DNA of 64,000 nt from Acidobacteriota bacterium (GCA_040005235.1 JBDTZG010000024.1:1-64000), one strand, 5' to 3'; shown: positions 9,223 through 19,225, counted from the first letter of the stretch. Numbers and translations: made by a program. Notes: generated from the sequence alone by a model not told the origin.

Positions 9223-9974
9223 GCCGCGACACCCTCACCCCCACGCCACTCCGCTGGCCGACGATCGAAGGACCGTTCCGCAAGGACGACACCGCGTTCT
9301 GGCGCGCCGCCTCGGGCGACGTGCGGCTCCTGTTCGTCGGCTCGGGCCCAACGCCGGGACGGCCCGAGCGCGAGGAGATCTTCGCCCGCGTGGCCCCCGA
9401 GGCCGCGGCGGCGGGAACTACCGTCTCTTGGGCGAAACAGATCCATTCCGACCGCGCCCTCGCCGCAAGCCCCGGTTGCGCCGGAGAAGGGGATGCGCTG
9501 GTCGCACCGCGCGACGCCGGCCTGGCGCTCACCCTCTCGACCGCCGACTGCGTTCCCGTGCTGCTCGCCGGGCCGACCTACCTCGCCGCCGCCCACGCCG
9601 GGTGGCGCGGATTGGCGAATGGAGTGCTCGCCGCAACGGTCGGCCGGCTGCCCGATCCGCCGGAAACGCTATCCGCATGGATCGGTCCTTCGATCGGTCC
9701 CTGCTGTTACGAGGTGAGCCCCGAGGTGGCGGACGAGGTCGTTCGCGGCGCGGGAGCGGGAAATGTGGCGATCGTCCGGCGTGGCCCTTCGGGCAAGCCG
9801 CATCTCGATCTATTCGCCGCCGCCGAACGCCAACTTCGCGCGCTCGGAATCCGCAACATCTCGATGCTCCGCACCTGCACCCGCTGCGACGAAGCGAACC
9901 TTCACAGCTACCGGCGCGAAGGCAAGGGCGGCGGGCGGAACTTGAGTTTCGTGTACGTCCAACCCGGAGCATGA
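9219..9974 (+). CDS. pgeF: PgeF/YfiH family (polyphenol oxidase-like, purine nucleoside phosphorylase) protein
   Basis: QIHSD, TADCVPVLL, HAGWRG, IGPSIGPCCYEV, SYRR motifs. Confidence 0.88.
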   Translation: MSRDTLTPTPLRWPTIEGPFRKDDTAFWRAASGDVRLLFVGSGPTPGRPEREEIFARVAPEAAAAGTTVSWAKQIHSDRALAASPGCAGEGDALVAPRDAGLALTLSTADCVPVLLAGPTYLAAAHAGWRGLANGVLAATVGRLPDPPETLSAWIGPSIGPCCYEVSPEVADEVVRGAGAGNVAIVRRGPSGKPHLDLFAAAERQLRALGIRNISMLRTCTRCDEANLHSYRREGKGGGRNLSFVYVQPGA

Positions 9975-10654
9975 CTTTCTTGGGCCTGAATCTCGATCAG
10001 TGGGCGAGCGCCTCGACGATTGCCGGCGTGATCATCGGAGGCGCGGCACTCCTCTATTCGGCCAGGCAACTCCGGATCTCCTCCCGGGTCAGCCAGGCGC
10101 AGTTCTGGCTCGATCTGCGCGAGATGTTCGCGGACAAGCACCACGAGATCCACCTTCAGCTGCGCAACGCGAAATGGTCGAACGACGACGCCCACTTTCC
10201 CGCCGAGGAGGATTGGGCGCGGTTGGAGGCCTACATGGGCCTGTTCGAGCACTGCGAGAAAATGCTCGAACAGGGCCTTCTCGACGCGCCGACCTTCGAA
10301 TCGATCTACGGCTATCGCCTGCAACGGATCGTCGAGAACCCTCTCATCGTGCGCGAAAAACTGGTCGGCCGCCGCTGGGGCTGGGGCGACTTGATCCGGC
10401 TCTTGGAGCGCGTCGAGAAGCGCCTGCCACAGACCCGCTACCTGATCGGTTTCTGGGAAGGAAATAAGGGCATCCTCTGGCACGGCACCGCGGTCCGCGC
10501 CCAAATCAACGAAAAATTCGGCCCCGATGGCCGCCCCGAGTTGGAACGCCAATACCGCGCCGCGTTCGCCCAACTGAAAGACCGGCCGGGAGAGATTCAA
10601 TACGCCTGGCTGCGTTCCAACGGACACACGATCGAGAGCTGGCGCGAGAGGTGA
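9971..10654 (+). CDS. Single-TM hypothetical protein (DUF4760-like N-terminal region plus extra C-terminal domain)
   Basis: ATG overlaps the pgeF stop; N-terminal TM ending YSARQLR; YMGLFEH...GLLD...YGY pattern. Confidence 0.55.
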   Translation: MTFLGLNLDQWASASTIAGVIIGGAALLYSARQLRISSRVSQAQFWLDLREMFADKHHEIHLQLRNAKWSNDDAHFPAEEDWARLEAYMGLFEHCEKMLEQGLLDAPTFESIYGYRLQRIVENPLIVREKLVGRRWGWGDLIRLLERVEKRLPQTRYLIGFWEGNKGILWHGTAVRAQINEKFGPDGRPELERQYRAAFAQLKDRPGEIQYAWLRSNGHTIESWRER

Positions 10655-11037
10655 TCCAGGCTTCCACTCTGCGGTAGACCGTTCACGCCATGATCCCCTT
10701 CACTCGCCGCGATCTTCTCGGGGCGACGGCCGCTACGACGGCGGCGCTCGCCCTGCCCAGGGTTCTCTTCTCCGAGGACCCACAAGATGCCATCGGCGCC
10801 GAGATCCTGAAGCGCCACGCCGAGGAGATCGAGCGCCTTCAGTAATGAGTGCGGCAGCCTTCAATCGCCGCTGAAAACCGAGGAATGGAAAAGGGTAACC
10901 GCACTCGATGCGACTGGCGCACGAGGTCGGTTTCCGACAGGCTAGCCAGCGCAGCCTGGAAGCTTGACGATTGGCGTTAATAGAGCGTAACATCTCTGAA
11001 TCGAAGGTTGGAGGGCGTTAGTCCTTCAAGGAGGAGT

Positions 11038-11067
11038 TTGACGCTGAAGAGGGGCCGCTGGTATGGT
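11038..11067 (+). promoter_or_regulatory. Putative sigma70-type promoter of the Panacea locus
   Basis: TTGACG, 18 bp spacer, TATGGT (overlapping TAAAAT) in an AT-richer intergenic region. Confidence 0.45.
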
Positions 11068-11192
11068 AAAATGAGAAACCAAGCCTCCTAAACGTCATTG
11101 TTCCATCCCAACTTAGGTGGTGTTGTTTCAAGCGCTGGGTGAGCATAGGATGACTTCCCCGGCCTTCTCTCAGGGTAAAGGTGGAGAACATC

Positions 11193-11771
11193 ATGCCGAT
11201 TCCAAATAGCCGGCATAAGCTAAAGCAGCTGATCCTCTATGTCGCCGCTAAAATGAAAGACGCTGATTCCTTCGGAGAAACCAAACTCAACAAGGTTCTG
11301 TTTCGGGCAGATATGGCGTGCTATAGGGATCTCGGCGAGAGCCTAACCGACTTCAAGTTTCAGAAAAACCATCAAGGGCCGACTCTGCGGGCCTTCCTTC
11401 CAATCACTCGGGAAATGACCGCCCAGGGGGTGCTTGCGTGGAACTCTCGGTTCGTAGGTTCTGTCAATGAGAACCGTCCGATAGCGCTGGCCGAGCCCGA
11501 TCTGGAAGCTATTTCCCCTCAGGAGAGAGCCCTCATTGACGAAGAGATCGCAAGGGCGTGGATGTTAACTGGAGGACAGATGTCCGACGAGGAGCATGTC
11601 ACGGCCGCGTGGTTTGCTCTACGCCAAGGTGAGACGATTTCGCCGGAGCTTTGCTTTGTTGAAAACCCCCTAAATATTATTCCTCTCAGCGAGAAAGAGG
11701 AATCTCGTGCCAAAGAAGCCATTGACCGATATCGCGCACGAACCGCAGTTTCTCCGGACCTTAGTGCATGA
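11193..11771 (+). CDS. Panacea/SocA-like (DUF4065) antitoxin-domain protein
   Basis: KLKQLILYV...TKLNKVLFRAD..CYRDLGESLT...QGP signature; visibly lower GC than flanks. Confidence 0.78.
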   Translation: MPIPNSRHKLKQLILYVAAKMKDADSFGETKLNKVLFRADMACYRDLGESLTDFKFQKNHQGPTLRAFLPITREMTAQGVLAWNSRFVGSVNENRPIALAEPDLEAISPQERALIDEEIARAWMLTGGQMSDEEHVTAAWFALRQGETISPELCFVENPLNIIPLSEKEESRAKEAIDRYRARTAVSPDLSA

Positions 11772-12039
11772 ACCTGACTATCTGAAGGCGATAGAAGAGG
11801 TGTTCGAAACCGTTCAGAGGGCAGATGACGTTCTGGGTGGTCTGGAATTGTTCATTAGCCGTCGCGCCGAAATGGGAATGGCCTGCAAGGGATACCCGCC
11901 CGAGTTTTGTACATGGCTGTCGACCTTGTTACCGAATGATTGTCGTGTCCGAGTGCTCTACACCTACACGACCGAAGAGGCACACCTCCTCGACGCGTGG
12001 ATGGTCTCAGGATCCGCGGACGGGCCCTATTATCGCTAG
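11707..12039 (+). CDS. Small hypothetical protein, possible RelE/ParE-fold toxin
   Basis: 110 aa, overlaps the upstream gene; helix-helix start and C-terminal RVRVLYTY...AHLLDAW strands resemble RelE-like folds. Confidence 0.5.
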   Translation: MPKKPLTDIAHEPQFLRTLVHEPDYLKAIEEVFETVQRADDVLGGLELFISRRAEMGMACKGYPPEFCTWLSTLLPNDCRVRVLYTYTTEEAHLLDAWMVSGSADGPYYR

Positions 12040-12124
12040 GCAGCGGCGCCATGGGTGCCATGCGCCGGATCGCTCGAACCAGGAAGCCCCCCCGCCCCCC
12101 CCACCCTGCCTACCATTCCCCACC

Positions 12125-12526
12125 ATGCGAGCGAGCGATCTGCGGGAGCTGACGGCGGTCATGCGGCGCGCGGCCCAGGCATCCCGGGCGCGCAAGCACG
12201 ATCTGGAAGCGGCGATGGGCGTGAGCCACGGCCGGATGGAGGATCTCTGGTCCGGAAACCTGGAGCTGAAGGTGCGCCATCTCGTGGGGTTGGCGGAGCT
12301 TCTGGAGGTTCCACCGGCGGAGATTCTCGCGGCGGGATGTCCCCACGCCCAAGCGGCGGAGCGCCGCCTGTCCGACTGGATCGGCCCGGTCGAGCCGCCA
12401 TTCGCGGCGCGCCGCGCCGAACAGGAGAAGGCCAACGCGGAGGCCGACGACGAGCGCCTACGCCGCGTGGTGCGCGAAGAGATCGCCGCCGCGTTGCCCG
12501 CCAGGGCGCGCGGCAAGGCGAAGTAG
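12125..12526 (+). CDS. XRE-like helix-turn-helix protein
   Basis: DLEAAMGVSHGRMEDLWSGNLELKVRHLVGLAELLEVPPAEIL. Confidence 0.65.
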   Translation: MRASDLRELTAVMRRAAQASRARKHDLEAAMGVSHGRMEDLWSGNLELKVRHLVGLAELLEVPPAEILAAGCPHAQAAERRLSDWIGPVEPPFAARRAEQEKANAEADDERLRRVVREEIAAALPARARGKAK

Positions 12527-12570
12527 CTCCCCGCAAGCCCCTACGCGCCGCGGTGAGATCGGACCAACAT

Positions 12571-12762
12571 CGCGTCCGAATTTTGCGTGATGCGTCCGAA
12601 TTCTGCGCAGTGCGTCCGAAGAGTCGACAGCCGGTCCGATTTCTGGGTCGGTGCGCTGAGGATAGCGCTTTTCAGCCGTCGGATTACGGCAATGCGTCCG
12701 ATTTCGGCGAAATGCGTCCGACAACTGCGGCGCGCGTCCGGTAAGTGTATTTTAAGTCCGAG
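12571..12762. repeat. Non-coding array of (Y)GCGTCCGA-like cores at a 20-bp period
   Basis: GTCCG at 12574, 12594, 12614, 12634 and at 12696, 12716, 12736, 12756, with variable spacers. Confidence 0.85.
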
Positions 12763-12830
12763 GAACGGAGAAAGGCAGCGCCGAGGAGCACAATCGGCTC
12801 CCCGGCATCGCTGTCCTGTGCCAGCCGCCC

Positions 12831-15800
12831 CTACTCCCGAGGCGCCGGGATGCTCGGCACTACGACCTTCTTCCGCGGGTTCTTCGCCAGCTCGGCGAGC
12901 ATGACCTCGATCGCCTTTTCGAGCGTGGGGTCTTGGCCCTTGGCGACCAGGTCGGGCCGGTCGATGACTTCGATGTCGGGGCTCACCCCTTCGTTTTCAA
13001 CCGCCCATTTGCCGTCGGTGTCGAGGAAACGGAACTGGGGGACGAGGACGAATCCGCCGTCCATGAGCGGCGGGTTGCCCGAGAGGCCGATCAGTCCGCC
13101 CCAGGTGCGGGTGCCGATCAGCGGGCCGAGGCCGAGCTTCTTGAAGTAGTAGGGGAAGGCGTCGCCGCCCGAACCGGCGCTCCAGTTGATCAGGCACGCT
13201 TTCGGACCCGGATTGACGAAATCGGGCGTGGTGCCCGGCTCTTCGCCGCGGCGCACCCAGTAGTTGAGCAGCGGGCGAGAGAGCAGCGCGATCATCGAGT
13301 CGGGGATAAAGCCTCCGCCGTTGTAGCGGTCGTCGACGATCAGCGCCTCTTTATCGACCTGCGGGTAGAAGTGCTTGTACAGCTCGCGATTTCCTTCGAC
13401 CGCGGTGTTCGGCAGGTGGATATAGCCGATCCTGCCGCCTGATGCCTTTTCCACCCGGCGGCGGCTGGCATCCACCCAGACGAGATAGCGGAGATTTTGC
13501 TCGCTGGTGATCGTCGAGATCTTTTCTCCATGCGCTCCGTCGAGCGTCGGCTTTTTGTTGAGCAGCAGCGTGACGGTCCGGCCGCCTTTGTTCTCGAGCA
13601 GGCGGTAGAAGTTGTCGACCCCCTGGGTCGAGACTCCGTCGACGCTCAGGATCAGCTCGCCCTCTTCGGCGTGGACGCCCGGCTCGGTGAGCGGCGAGCG
13701 GAAGTCCTCGTGCCAGTTTTCACCCGGGAAGATCTGGGCGATGCGGAAATAGCCGGACGGATCGGCGGTGACCTCAGCTCCGATCAGGCCGCCATCCTTC
13801 CGCTCGACCGGCGACCAATCGGGCCGCCGTTCGACGTAGGCGTGACCCGAGCCGATTTCGGCCATGATCTCGTTCAACATCCAGTCGAGGTCGTTGCGGC
13901 TCGAAACGTAGGGCAGCAGCTCGCCGTAGCGCTTGATGATGGCGGGCCAATCGCGGCCGTGAAGGTTCGGGTCGTAGAACCAGTCGCGGACCAACCTTGC
14001 GGCATCGCGGTAGATCTGCGCCCACTCCTCGCGCGGGGAGCTGCGGACCTGCAGATGCGAGAGATCGAGCTTGGCGTCCGGCTTTTGGTCCGACGCGGCG
14101 TCGACGATTCCGAAATCGCCGCTCTGGGCGAACAGGATCTTCTTGCCGTCGGCCGACAGGGTGTAGTCGTTCACCAGGGCCAGGACGCTCTTTTCTCCGC
14201 GGGCTTCGAGCGAGTAGCGGAACAGCTGGGTGGTCCCCGGGTTGATCTGCTTCAAGTAGTAGAGGGCGTCGCTCGACGCCGAGAGCGAGCGGTAGGCGCC
14301 CGGATCGCCGGGGATCGCCCGAACCCGGCCGTCGAAACCGTCGAAATCGACCTGCACCTTGACCGGTTTCCCCGCTTCGGCCGCCTTCGCGGCACCGGTC
14401 GGCTCCTCATCGCTCTGCGGCGGGAACAGCGCGGGCTCGTCCTTGTCCAGGGCGCCGACGTAGACGCGGGTCGGATCGATGTAGAGGTACTGGGTCTCAA
14501 AGCCGCTGAAGGTGAGCGTGAAGTCGCGGTTCGACAGGAAGTAGAGATAGTGACCGCGCGGGTCCCAGACCGGTTCGAAGTCGTTGGCGCCGCTGTCGGT
14601 CAGCTGCCGGGCTTTGCCATCTTCGAGCGAGTAAACCCAGAGGGAGCTTAGGTGATTCGCGCCGAGCTTCGGGTAGGCGAGGAACCGGCTGTCGGGCGAC
14701 CAGCGATAGATTTCGAGCGTGCCGTAGCGGCTTGAATCGGCGTCGCGCACCTTGCCCGTTTCGACGTCGGCGATCCGCAGCCGGGCCTTCTTGTCGCCGA
14801 ACGCGAGCTTTTTCGAGTCAGGCGACCAGACCGGCGCGAAGCGCCAGACGTCGCCGTCGGTCGTCACCCGCCGCTCGGGGCCGTTGCCGTCGCCCGGACG
14901 GACCCAAATTTCGTACTCGCCGGTACGGTCAGAGAGATAGGAGACCCACTTGCCGTCCGGCGACCAACTGGCCGACATTTCGCGGATTCCGGGGGTGGCG
15001 GTCAGGTTGCGGATCTCGCCTTTCTCGGCCGGCACGGTGAATAGATCGCCATGCGCGGTGAGCAAGGCGCGCTTGCCCGAAGGGGAAGGCACGGCGGCCT
15101 CCACGCTCTTCGATAGATCGACGATCGACGGCATCGCCTCGGGGAAATCGCCCGAGACGTGGATCGGCACCTTCGCCGTCTCGCCCCGCTGCGGATCGAA
15201 CAGCCAGATCCAGCCTCCCGCCTCGTAGACGACCGCGTCGGGGCCGCCGCTCGGCCATTCCACGTCCCAGTCGCCGTTCGTCACTTTGGCGGTCGCTTTG
15301 GAGCGCGTGTCGTAGGAGAACAGGTTGAGCGTGTGGTCTTTGTCGGAGGCGTAGAAGATTTGATCGCCGATCCAAACCGGCCACATCTCGTTTTCCGGCG
15401 TCTTGGTGATCTGCTCGGCGCTGTCCTTGGCGAAGTCGTAGATCCAGACATCCGGCGTCCGGCCGCCCCGATGGCGCTTCCAGTTGCGGAACTCGCGGCC
15501 GATCGGGGTGTAAGCGAAACGCGTTCCATCGGGTGACATCGACCCCGCGCCCCCTTCCGGCATGCGCATCGGCTCTTCCATGCCGCCCGCGGCGGGCACC
15601 GTGTAGGGCCGGCCGACCCGTTCGTCGTAGCCCGTCCGGTTGGCGCGGAAGACGATCTTCTTGCCGTCCGGGGTCCAATCGAGGATCACGTTGTCGTATC
15701 CGCCGCGCGCCGGAAGCTCCCCGATGTCGTTTCGGAACGTCAGCTGCTTGGGCTCGCCGCCGTCGGCCGAGACCACGTAGACCTGGCGGGTGCCGCTGTA

Positions 15801-16076
15801 TTCACCCGAAAATGCCACCCATTTGCCGTCGGGCGAGAGCTTGGGGAACAGCTCCTGGCCGGGGTGCGAGGTCAACCGCCGCGCTTCGCCGCCCGCGCGG
15901 GGGACGATCCAAACGTCGCCGGCATAGACGAAGACGATCCGGTCGCGCGAGACGTCCGGCGTATGGAGCATGCGGGTGCCGCCGTCGAGTTGAGCGAACG
16001 CGGAGGGCGGGGCGACGAAGGCAAACGCGGCGAGCAATGCGAACAGGCCGAGGAGCGGCGACGGGCGTTTCTTCAC
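12831..16076 (-). CDS. Tricorn-type S41 family protease with signal peptide (PD40 propellers, PDZ, catalytic domain)
   Basis: GTG start after GGAA; repeated SPDGK motifs; RIGYIHLPN, DDRYNGGG, AGSGGDAFPY, LIGTRTWGG, ENEGVSPD. Confidence 0.93.
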   Translation of the reverse strand: MKKRPSPLLGLFALLAAFAFVAPPSAFAQLDGGTRMLHTPDVSRDRIVFVYAGDVWIVPRAGGEARRLTSHPGQELFPKLSPDGKWVAFSGEYSGTRQVYVVSADGGEPKQLTFRNDIGELPARGGYDNVILDWTPDGKKIVFRANRTGYDERVGRPYTVPAAGGMEEPMRMPEGGAGSMSPDGTRFAYTPIGREFRNWKRHRGGRTPDVWIYDFAKDSAEQITKTPENEMWPVWIGDQIFYASDKDHTLNLFSYDTRSKATAKVTNGDWDVEWPSGGPDAVVYEAGGWIWLFDPQRGETAKVPIHVSGDFPEAMPSIVDLSKSVEAAVPSPSGKRALLTAHGDLFTVPAEKGEIRNLTATPGIREMSASWSPDGKWVSYLSDRTGEYEIWVRPGDGNGPERRVTTDGDVWRFAPVWSPDSKKLAFGDKKARLRIADVETGKVRDADSSRYGTLEIYRWSPDSRFLAYPKLGANHLSSLWVYSLEDGKARQLTDSGANDFEPVWDPRGHYLYFLSNRDFTLTFSGFETQYLYIDPTRVYVGALDKDEPALFPPQSDEEPTGAAKAAEAGKPVKVQVDFDGFDGRVRAIPGDPGAYRSLSASSDALYYLKQINPGTTQLFRYSLEARGEKSVLALVNDYTLSADGKKILFAQSGDFGIVDAASDQKPDAKLDLSHLQVRSSPREEWAQIYRDAARLVRDWFYDPNLHGRDWPAIIKRYGELLPYVSSRNDLDWMLNEIMAEIGSGHAYVERRPDWSPVERKDGGLIGAEVTADPSGYFRIAQIFPGENWHEDFRSPLTEPGVHAEEGELILSVDGVSTQGVDNFYRLLENKGGRTVTLLLNKKPTLDGAHGEKISTITSEQNLRYLVWVDASRRRVEKASGGRIGYIHLPNTAVEGNRELYKHFYPQVDKEALIVDDRYNGGGFIPDSMIALLSRPLLNYWVRRGEEPGTTPDFVNPGPKACLINWSAGSGGDAFPYYFKKLGLGPLIGTRTWGGLIGLSGNPPLMDGGFVLVPQFRFLDTDGKWAVENEGVSPDIEVIDRPDLVAKGQDPTLEKAIEVMLAELAKNPRKKVVVPSIPAPRE

Positions 16077-16172
16077 AAGGCGTTCCTTTCCGGAGGGGTG
16101 ACGCGAACCGGCTGATCCTGTCTTTACGGGGCGGCGGAGCGCAAGTTGCCATCCCCAGGTAGGATGGCCCTC

Positions 16173-16751
16173 ATGCAGACCCCTCAGATCGTGCGGCTCC
16201 AGGACGTGACCCCCAACCCCTGGAAGAATGGCGGGGGACAGACCCGCGAGCTTCTGGCTTGGCCTGAGGTCGACCGGTGGCGCTTGCGGGTGAGCGTCGC
16301 CGAGATCGGAAGCGACGGGCCGTTCTCTTCGTTTTCCGGCGTCACCCGCTGGTTTGCCGTGGTGGCCGGGAAAGGCGTGGTGCTCCGGTTCGGTTCCGAG
16401 GAGCGTCGGCTCTCGATGGGCAGCGATCCTCTGCGGTTCGACGGGGCCTGGTCTCCCGGCTGTCAGCTGGTCGACGGGCCGACTCTCGATTTGAACCTGA
16501 TGATCTGCGACGGACGAGGCACTATGACCACGGCGTATTCGGGCAAGCCCTGGGGGGAGAATTTCGCCCAACGCGGCCTGTTCGCCCGAGCGGCCGGTCG
16601 CTGGGTCCCCGATCAGGGCGAGCCGCTGGCGCTTTCGCCGAACACTCTCCTCTGGCAACCTGAGGCGAACCCCGGCCTCTGGCGCTTCGAACCCGACTCG
16701 GTCGCCCCCGAAAACACCGCCGTCGGCTGGTGGCTGGGCTTCACCCCTTAG
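16173..16751 (+). CDS. HutD/Ves family protein
   Basis: PWKNGGGQTREL, WRLRVSVAEI..DGPFSSFSGVTR, DLNLM. Confidence 0.88.
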   Translation: MQTPQIVRLQDVTPNPWKNGGGQTRELLAWPEVDRWRLRVSVAEIGSDGPFSSFSGVTRWFAVVAGKGVVLRFGSEERRLSMGSDPLRFDGAWSPGCQLVDGPTLDLNLMICDGRGTMTTAYSGKPWGENFAQRGLFARAAGRWVPDQGEPLALSPNTLLWQPEANPGLWRFEPDSVAPENTAVGWWLGFTP

Positions 16752-16780
16752 AGAGGGCTTGCGCCCTCCCCGCCGATGGT

Positions 16781-17854
16781 TCAGACGCCGTGCGAGCCGG
16801 GGGCCTGATCGGGCGACTCGGGCGGCTCGGGCCGAACCACGGGCGGCGCCGGCAGGGCGATGCCGTGCGCCGCGAAATCTTCGAGCACGGCGAGCAGCAC
16901 GGCCTGCTGGCGATCCATGTACAGGTTCATGTTCGAGCCGATGACGAAGTAAACCAGCTCGATCTCGATCCCGATCCGGCCGATCGCCGTGACGTGCGCG
17001 CGATCGAAACGCAGATCGCTCTGGCCCGCGACGATCGCCTGGAACCGAGCGGGAATCGCCCCCAACTCGGCCGGAGGAGTATCGAGCGCCACGGATAACG
17101 TAAGCGCCACCCGCCGCTCGGCCATCCGCCCGAAATTGTGCAGCCGGCTCTTGAGCAGATCGCCGTTCGAAAAGATCAGCTGCTCGCCTGAGGTGCTGCG
17201 GATGCGGGTGGTCTTCAAACCGATCGATTCGACCGAGCCCGACAGGTCGTCGACTTGAATCAAATCGCCGAGAACGAACGGTTTGTCGATCAGGATGGTG
17301 AGCGAGGCGAACAGGTCGGCGAGGATGTTCTGGGTTGCGAGAGCGAGCGCCAGGCCGCCGACCCCGAGCCCGGCGATCAGGGCCGTCACCTGAACGCCCA
17401 GCGCATCGAGCGCCGCCAAGGCCAACACTGCGCCGAGGATCAGCTTGCCGAGAAACTTGAGCGCCGAAAGGGTCGTCGCGGAGGCCGGATCGAATCCCGT
17501 CCGCTTCTGCCGCCGGTCGATCCAGAAATCGATCGCCGCCGAAACCCAGAGGGCCGCCTGAAGGAAGATCGCGATCACCGCGACGGTGCCGAGCACCCGC
17601 TCCAAACGGAGCGGCAAATGTACGGCGAGCGCGCCGAGGCGGAGCGTGACGGCGAGCAGCAGGATGCGGCGGGTGCGACGGGCGAGCACGACCGCGAAAT
17701 CGTCGAACGGCGTCTCGGTCCTCTCGGCGCGCGGCGCCAGACGAACCACGATCAGGCGGCGAATCAACAGGGCCAGCCCAAAGACGCCGAGCGCCAACCC
17801 AAGCGCCGCGGACCAGCTCTGCCAGGAATTGCCGAACGGCTCGAAGGGGATCAC
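16781..17854 (-). CDS. Small-conductance mechanosensitive channel (MscS family)
   Basis: LIAGLGVGGLALALATQNILADLFASL..LIDKPFVLGD, IGLKTTRIRS. Confidence 0.92.
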   Translation of the reverse strand: MIPFEPFGNSWQSWSAALGLALGVFGLALLIRRLIVVRLAPRAERTETPFDDFAVVLARRTRRILLLAVTLRLGALAVHLPLRLERVLGTVAVIAIFLQAALWVSAAIDFWIDRRQKRTGFDPASATTLSALKFLGKLILGAVLALAALDALGVQVTALIAGLGVGGLALALATQNILADLFASLTILIDKPFVLGDLIQVDDLSGSVESIGLKTTRIRSTSGEQLIFSNGDLLKSRLHNFGRMAERRVALTLSVALDTPPAELGAIPARFQAIVAGQSDLRFDRAHVTAIGRIGIEIELVYFVIGSNMNLYMDRQQAVLLAVLEDFAAHGIALPAPPVVRPEPPESPDQAPGSHGV

Positions 17855-18034
17855 GGGAAGCTCGAAAAGGTCAAGTTAAGAAAAAGTCCGAAAAAGCTGC
17901 CGGGCACATTGGGTCGTCTTCCGACGGTCGGCCTGAGAATGCTATCAGTTCCCGGATCGCACCCAGGGCGGGGGTAACGAAAGGCGGGCGGGTGCGCCCA
18001 TTATCTGGATTGCTTACCCTTAAGGGAGCTTCCG

Positions 18035-19222
18035 ATGAACTCTTCGCACCTGCCGTCCGCCCTGGTTCTCTTCTCGCTCCTGCTCGGCACCTTGCCGGCC
18101 GAAGCGAACAACTGCACCGCGGATCTCGTCCCCGCCGCGACCCTGTTGTTGCCCTATTTCCAAGTCGACCTCGGAAACGCCGCGGGCGCCAACACGACGT
18201 TTTCGATCCAGAACGTCGGCCCGAACGGCGTTTTGACGAAAGTCGAGCTGTGGAGCGACCTCGCCGTGCCGGCCGGCGGGTTCATGATGTATTTGAGGCC
18301 GCGGGAGCGCCGGACCGTCGATCTGCGGAGGGTTCTCAACTGCGCACTGCCCGCGACGGTGAATCCGGCCGGCACCTTCCCGAGTTGCACCGGCGCACTC
18401 CCTCCGAGCGCCGCTTTCTGCGCCATGTACGACTGGAAGAAGACGTTGACCGGCAAGCCCTCGACGTTCCTCGGGGGAAACTGCGGCGGACGGAACTTCA
18501 ACGACTCGATCGCCCGGGGCTACCTAACGATCGACACGATGAACACGTGTACGACGCGATTTCAGGGCGACCCCGGTTTCTGGTCCTCGGGCGGCACCGG
18601 CGACGCCTCGAACCAGAACGTCCTGGCCGGCGATTTCGCGATCGCCGATACCTCGACTGGACCCGCGTTCAGCGCCCCGCTGGTCTCGATCGAAGCCCGC
18701 GTCGCCGATCCGGAGACGGCGACCGCGGGCAATGCCACGTTCTACGGCACTCAGGACGGCTGGATCGCGGCGGACAACCGCGAGCCGCTCGCGGGGATCT
18801 ACGGACCTCGCTTTAGCACGGCGCCCCGCGTCGGTTCGACCGACCTGATCGTCTGGCGCGATCCGAAAGTGGATCAGAACCCCTTCACCTGCGGCACGGT
18901 TCCGGCCTGGTTTCCACTGTCGCAGACTTCAATCATCCGATACACCGACGCGGGCGCGGCGACACTCCTTGGCGGCACGCCTTTTCCCGCCGCCGCGCAA
19001 CGGGTCTCGGCCCTCCCCCTGACCGGCGCCTTGGGTGGCAGCGGCTGGCTCCGCCTCGATCTGAACTTCAGCTCTGCGGCGGCCGGCAACAATCCCCCCG
19101 AAGCCCCGAATCGCGCCCAGGCGTGGGTCGGCACCTTGATCAAACAGATCGGCAAATATCCGGTGAGCTTCGAGTCCGTGGCGTTGAACAACGGCTGCAC
19201 CGGGACGCTCGGCTACCCGTAG
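18035..19222 (+). CDS. Secreted Cys-containing hypothetical protein (PAATLLLPYF family)
   Basis: Signal peptide; motifs PAATLLLPYFQVDL, ARGYLTID, NVLAGD, DNREPL, GWLRLDLN, QAWV. Confidence 0.7.
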   Translation: MNSSHLPSALVLFSLLLGTLPAEANNCTADLVPAATLLLPYFQVDLGNAAGANTTFSIQNVGPNGVLTKVELWSDLAVPAGGFMMYLRPRERRTVDLRRVLNCALPATVNPAGTFPSCTGALPPSAAFCAMYDWKKTLTGKPSTFLGGNCGGRNFNDSIARGYLTIDTMNTCTTRFQGDPGFWSSGGTGDASNQNVLAGDFAIADTSTGPAFSAPLVSIEARVADPETATAGNATFYGTQDGWIAADNREPLAGIYGPRFSTAPRVGSTDLIVWRDPKVDQNPFTCGTVPAWFPLSQTSIIRYTDAGAATLLGGTPFPAAAQRVSALPLTGALGGSGWLRLDLNFSSAAAGNNPPEAPNRAQAWVGTLIKQIGKYPVSFESVALNNGCTGTLGYP

Positions 19223-19225
19223 AAC

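Noticed and set aside
10597-10993. Possible decayed XRE gene (SRIECG; ALDLLGVALQDL)
   Set aside because: Fragments lie in different frames and are too short to support a call
12571-12762. CRISPR array
   Set aside because: Cores are about 8 bp and spacers about 12 bp, far below CRISPR sizes; no cas genes in the window
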